Source: an uncultured Gammaproteobacteria bacterium (lineage in GTDB: Bacteria; Patescibacteriota; Patescibacteriia; UBA2196; CAYSSY01). Taken from it: 64,000 nt of DNA. The stretch is from NCBI GenBank assembly GCA_964434055.1, contig CAYSSY010000003.1, positions 10,372 through 74,371 on the forward strand, written 5' to 3'. Position numbers and translations under genes: made by a program. Below the pieces are notes generated by a model. That model searched no databases and had not been told where the DNA came from. It saw only the letters and a list, made by a program, of their open reading frames with translations. Positions 62,592-64,000 of the stretch are shown in pieces (positions within the stretch are counted from its first letter, which is position 1; every line of letters starts with the position of its first letter).

Positions 62592-64000
62592 ATGCCTCAG
62601 TTTAAATTACAAGCCAAATTTTCGCCGAAAGGTGACCAGCCGCAAGCAATCACCGAACTCGTTCAAGGCTTAAAAAATAATTTACACGACCAAACGCTTT
62701 TAGGTGTAACTGGCTCTGGTAAAACTTTTACCATGGCTAATATTATTGCTCAAGTTCAGCGACCAACCTTAATTATCTCGCATAATAAAACGCTAGCGGC
62801 ACAACTGGCAGAAGAATTTAAAGATTTTTTTCCGAAAAATGCAGTAAATTATTTTGTGTCATATTATGACTATTACCAGCCAGAAGCTTATATTCCTCAA
62901 AGTGATACCTATATTGAAAAAGAAACATCTTTAAATGAAGAAATTGACCGCCTGCGACATGCCTCAACTCAGGCGCTGCTTTCACGTTCAGATGTTATCA
63001 TTGTTGCTTCAGTCTCCTGTATTTACGGACTCGGATCGCCAAGCGAGTACAAAGCTGAGAGTTTAGAAATTAAAATCGGACAAAAAATAGCCATGGCTCA
63101 GTTGGCCAGGCAACTCAACAAATTACGTTATACGCGCAATGATTATGATTTTTTTCGCGGACGATATCGTCTAAAGGGTGACACTTTGGATATTTATCAG
63201 CCATATGCTCTAGATGAAGTCACGCGCATTGAATTCTTTGGTCAGACCATTGAAAATATCAGCCTGACCAACTATCTAACTGGTAAAAAAATAACTAACC
63301 TGGAAGGAACAACTGTTTTCCCGGCCAGCCATTATCTAGCACCGGCTGAAAACTTTAAAAAAGCTCTGCGAGATATTAAGAATGATTTAAGAATACGCCT
63401 TCAAGACTTGAAAAAAAAGAAAAAACTCTTGGAGGCTCAGCGATTGGAAGAAAGAACAATCTATGATTTGGAAATGATGGAACAAACTGGCTATTGCAAT
63501 GGTATTGAAAACTACTCCCGTTACTTTGATGGCCGCAAAATTGGAGAACCACCTTACACGCTACTTGATTTCTTTCCGGAAAACTATTTGCTTTTCATCG
63601 ACGAATCACACATGACTATCCCACAAATTAGAGGCATGTACGCCGGCGATCAGGCCAGAAAAAAAACACTCATTGACTTTGGATTTCGTCTACCTTCTGC
63701 CTTGGATAATAGACCATTAAATTTTAAAGAATTTTTAGAACGAACCAGCCAAACAATTTATGTCTCAGCCACACCGCAGGATTGGGAGCTGACAAAATCA
63801 AAAAATGTTGTTGAACAATTAGTCCGTCCGACCGGACTACTCGACCCGGATATCGAAATTAAACCAACAAAAAACCAAATAGATGATCTGATTGAGCAAA
63901 TTCGTCAACGAATCAAAAAAAATCAACGGGTTTTGGTGACAACTCTAACAAAAAGACTCTCCGAGGATTTGGCTAACCATCTCCAAGAAATTGGCCTTAA
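62592..64000 (+). CDS. uvrB: excinuclease ABC subunit B (N-terminal ~470 aa; continues past the window end)
   Basis: The ATG is at 62592 and the protein begins MPQFKLQAKFSPKGDQPQAI. It carries the Walker A motif GVTGSGKTFTMAN and a YYDYYQPEAY beta-hairpin region. No stop codon occurs before position 64000. Confidence 0.9.
   Translation, partial: MPQFKLQAKFSPKGDQPQAITELVQGLKNNLHDQTLLGVTGSGKTFTMANIIAQVQRPTLIISHNKTLAAQLAEEFKDFFPKNAVNYFVSYYDYYQPEAYIPQSDTYIEKETSLNEEIDRLRHASTQALLSRSDVIIVASVSCIYGLGSPSEYKAESLEIKIGQKIAMAQLARQLNKLRYTRNDYDFFRGRYRLKGDTLDIYQPYALDEVTRIEFFGQTIENISLTNYLTGKKITNLEGTTVFPASHYLAPAENFKKALRDIKNDLRIRLQDLKKKKKLLEAQRLEERTIYDLEMMEQTGYCNGIENYSRYFDGRKIGEPPYTLLDFFPENYLLFIDESHMTIPQIRGMYAGDQARKKTLIDFGFRLPSALDNRPLNFKEFLERTSQTIYVSATPQDWELTKSKNVVEQLVRPTGLLDPDIEIKPTKNQIDDLIEQIRQRIKKNQRVLVTTLTKRLSEDLANHLQEIGL

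Noticed and set aside
1-64000. Alternative genetic code (UGA recoding, as in Gracilibacteria/SR1) suggested by the low GC and CPR-like content
   Set aside because: rpoB, rpoC, ftsK, the 1567-aa surface protein and all other large genes are uninterrupted under translation table 11. Stop codons examined are TAA/TAG at gene ends.
1-64000. CRISPR arrays, integrases, transposases/IS elements, prophage genes, rRNA
   Set aside because: No regularly spaced direct repeats with unique spacers were found. No tyrosine/serine recombinase or transposase motifs were found in any ORF. No rRNA-like conserved stretches were seen. The tRNA-adjacent fragments are therefore not called a mobile element.

Overview
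This window is a low-GC (about 30-35%), gene-dense bacterial chromosomal segment with most genes on the minus strand. The standard genetic code applies: long genes such as rpoB, rpoC, ftsK and the 1567-aa surface protein are intact, so UGA is not recoded. The gene content looks like a reduced Candidate Phyla Radiation / Patescibacteria-type genome: RNase J, a bacterial Elp3, small ribosomal and repair genes, LemA+TPM, many lineage-specific hypotheticals and giant surface proteins. I call about 60 CDS, 2 tRNAs (Leu-CAG and Arg-CCG, both minus strand), one cobalamin riboswitch, several rho-independent terminators and two short intergenic repeat elements.

Housekeeping genes present are:
- the 5' end of an atp operon (atpZ-like, then atpB)
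- hpf, trpS, rnj, an oligopeptide-type substrate-binding protein, secG, uvrC, a nrnA-like DHH phosphoesterase
- murI, an IMPase-family protein and two phosphohexomutases
- glyA and folD, cutA
- a PIN-xseA-xseB-DEDD exonuclease operon
- rpsF-ssb-rpsR, recA, a rodZ-like gene, ftsK, rpoB-rpoC, ruvA, a GDPD-family gene and a partial uvrB.

Seven items deserve follow-up, in rough order of interest:
1. An apparently co-transcribed 8-gene minus-strand block (2076-9596) holds seven tandem, highly diverged paralogs of a Rossmann / class-I-methyltransferase-like protein. All seven share a non-canonical 'LG(S/A)TPE(F/L)RDL' nucleotide-binding loop. The block ends in a protein carrying a PEP-utilising phosphohistidine swivel domain but no ATP-grasp domain. 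This is the best candidate for an undescribed system.
2. A head-to-head Trm9-like methyltransferase and radical-SAM/GNAT Elp3 pair, whose start codons are 1 nt apart, has a NUDIX gene behind Elp3. This is the eukaryote/archaeal-type mcm5U34 tRNA wobble-modification pair in a bacterium.
3. A cobalamin riboswitch with a terminator expression platform precedes a secreted protein that combines an alpha/alpha-toroid 'DGGWG' repeat domain with a DUF4430-like domain. That architecture resembles transcobalamin / intrinsic factor, so the protein is a likely surface B12-scavenging factor.
4. A short GC-rich insert of about 45-55% GC carries a strong Shine-Dalgarno site and its own terminators. It encodes a secreted protein with a T9SS/Por-type C-terminal sorting domain, which is unexpected in this lineage and suggests horizontal transfer.
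5. An envelope cluster encodes a Mur-ligase-like protein lacking the UDP-binding N-domain, a CDP-alcohol phosphatidyltransferase, an MprF-flippase-like membrane protein, tRNA-Arg and a FemAB-family transferase.
6. Two overlapping small ORFs lie on the opposite strand between glyA and folD.
7. A tRNA 3'-half remnant and a duplicated D-arm fragment flank tRNA-Leu.

I found no CRISPR array, integrase, transposase or rRNA.
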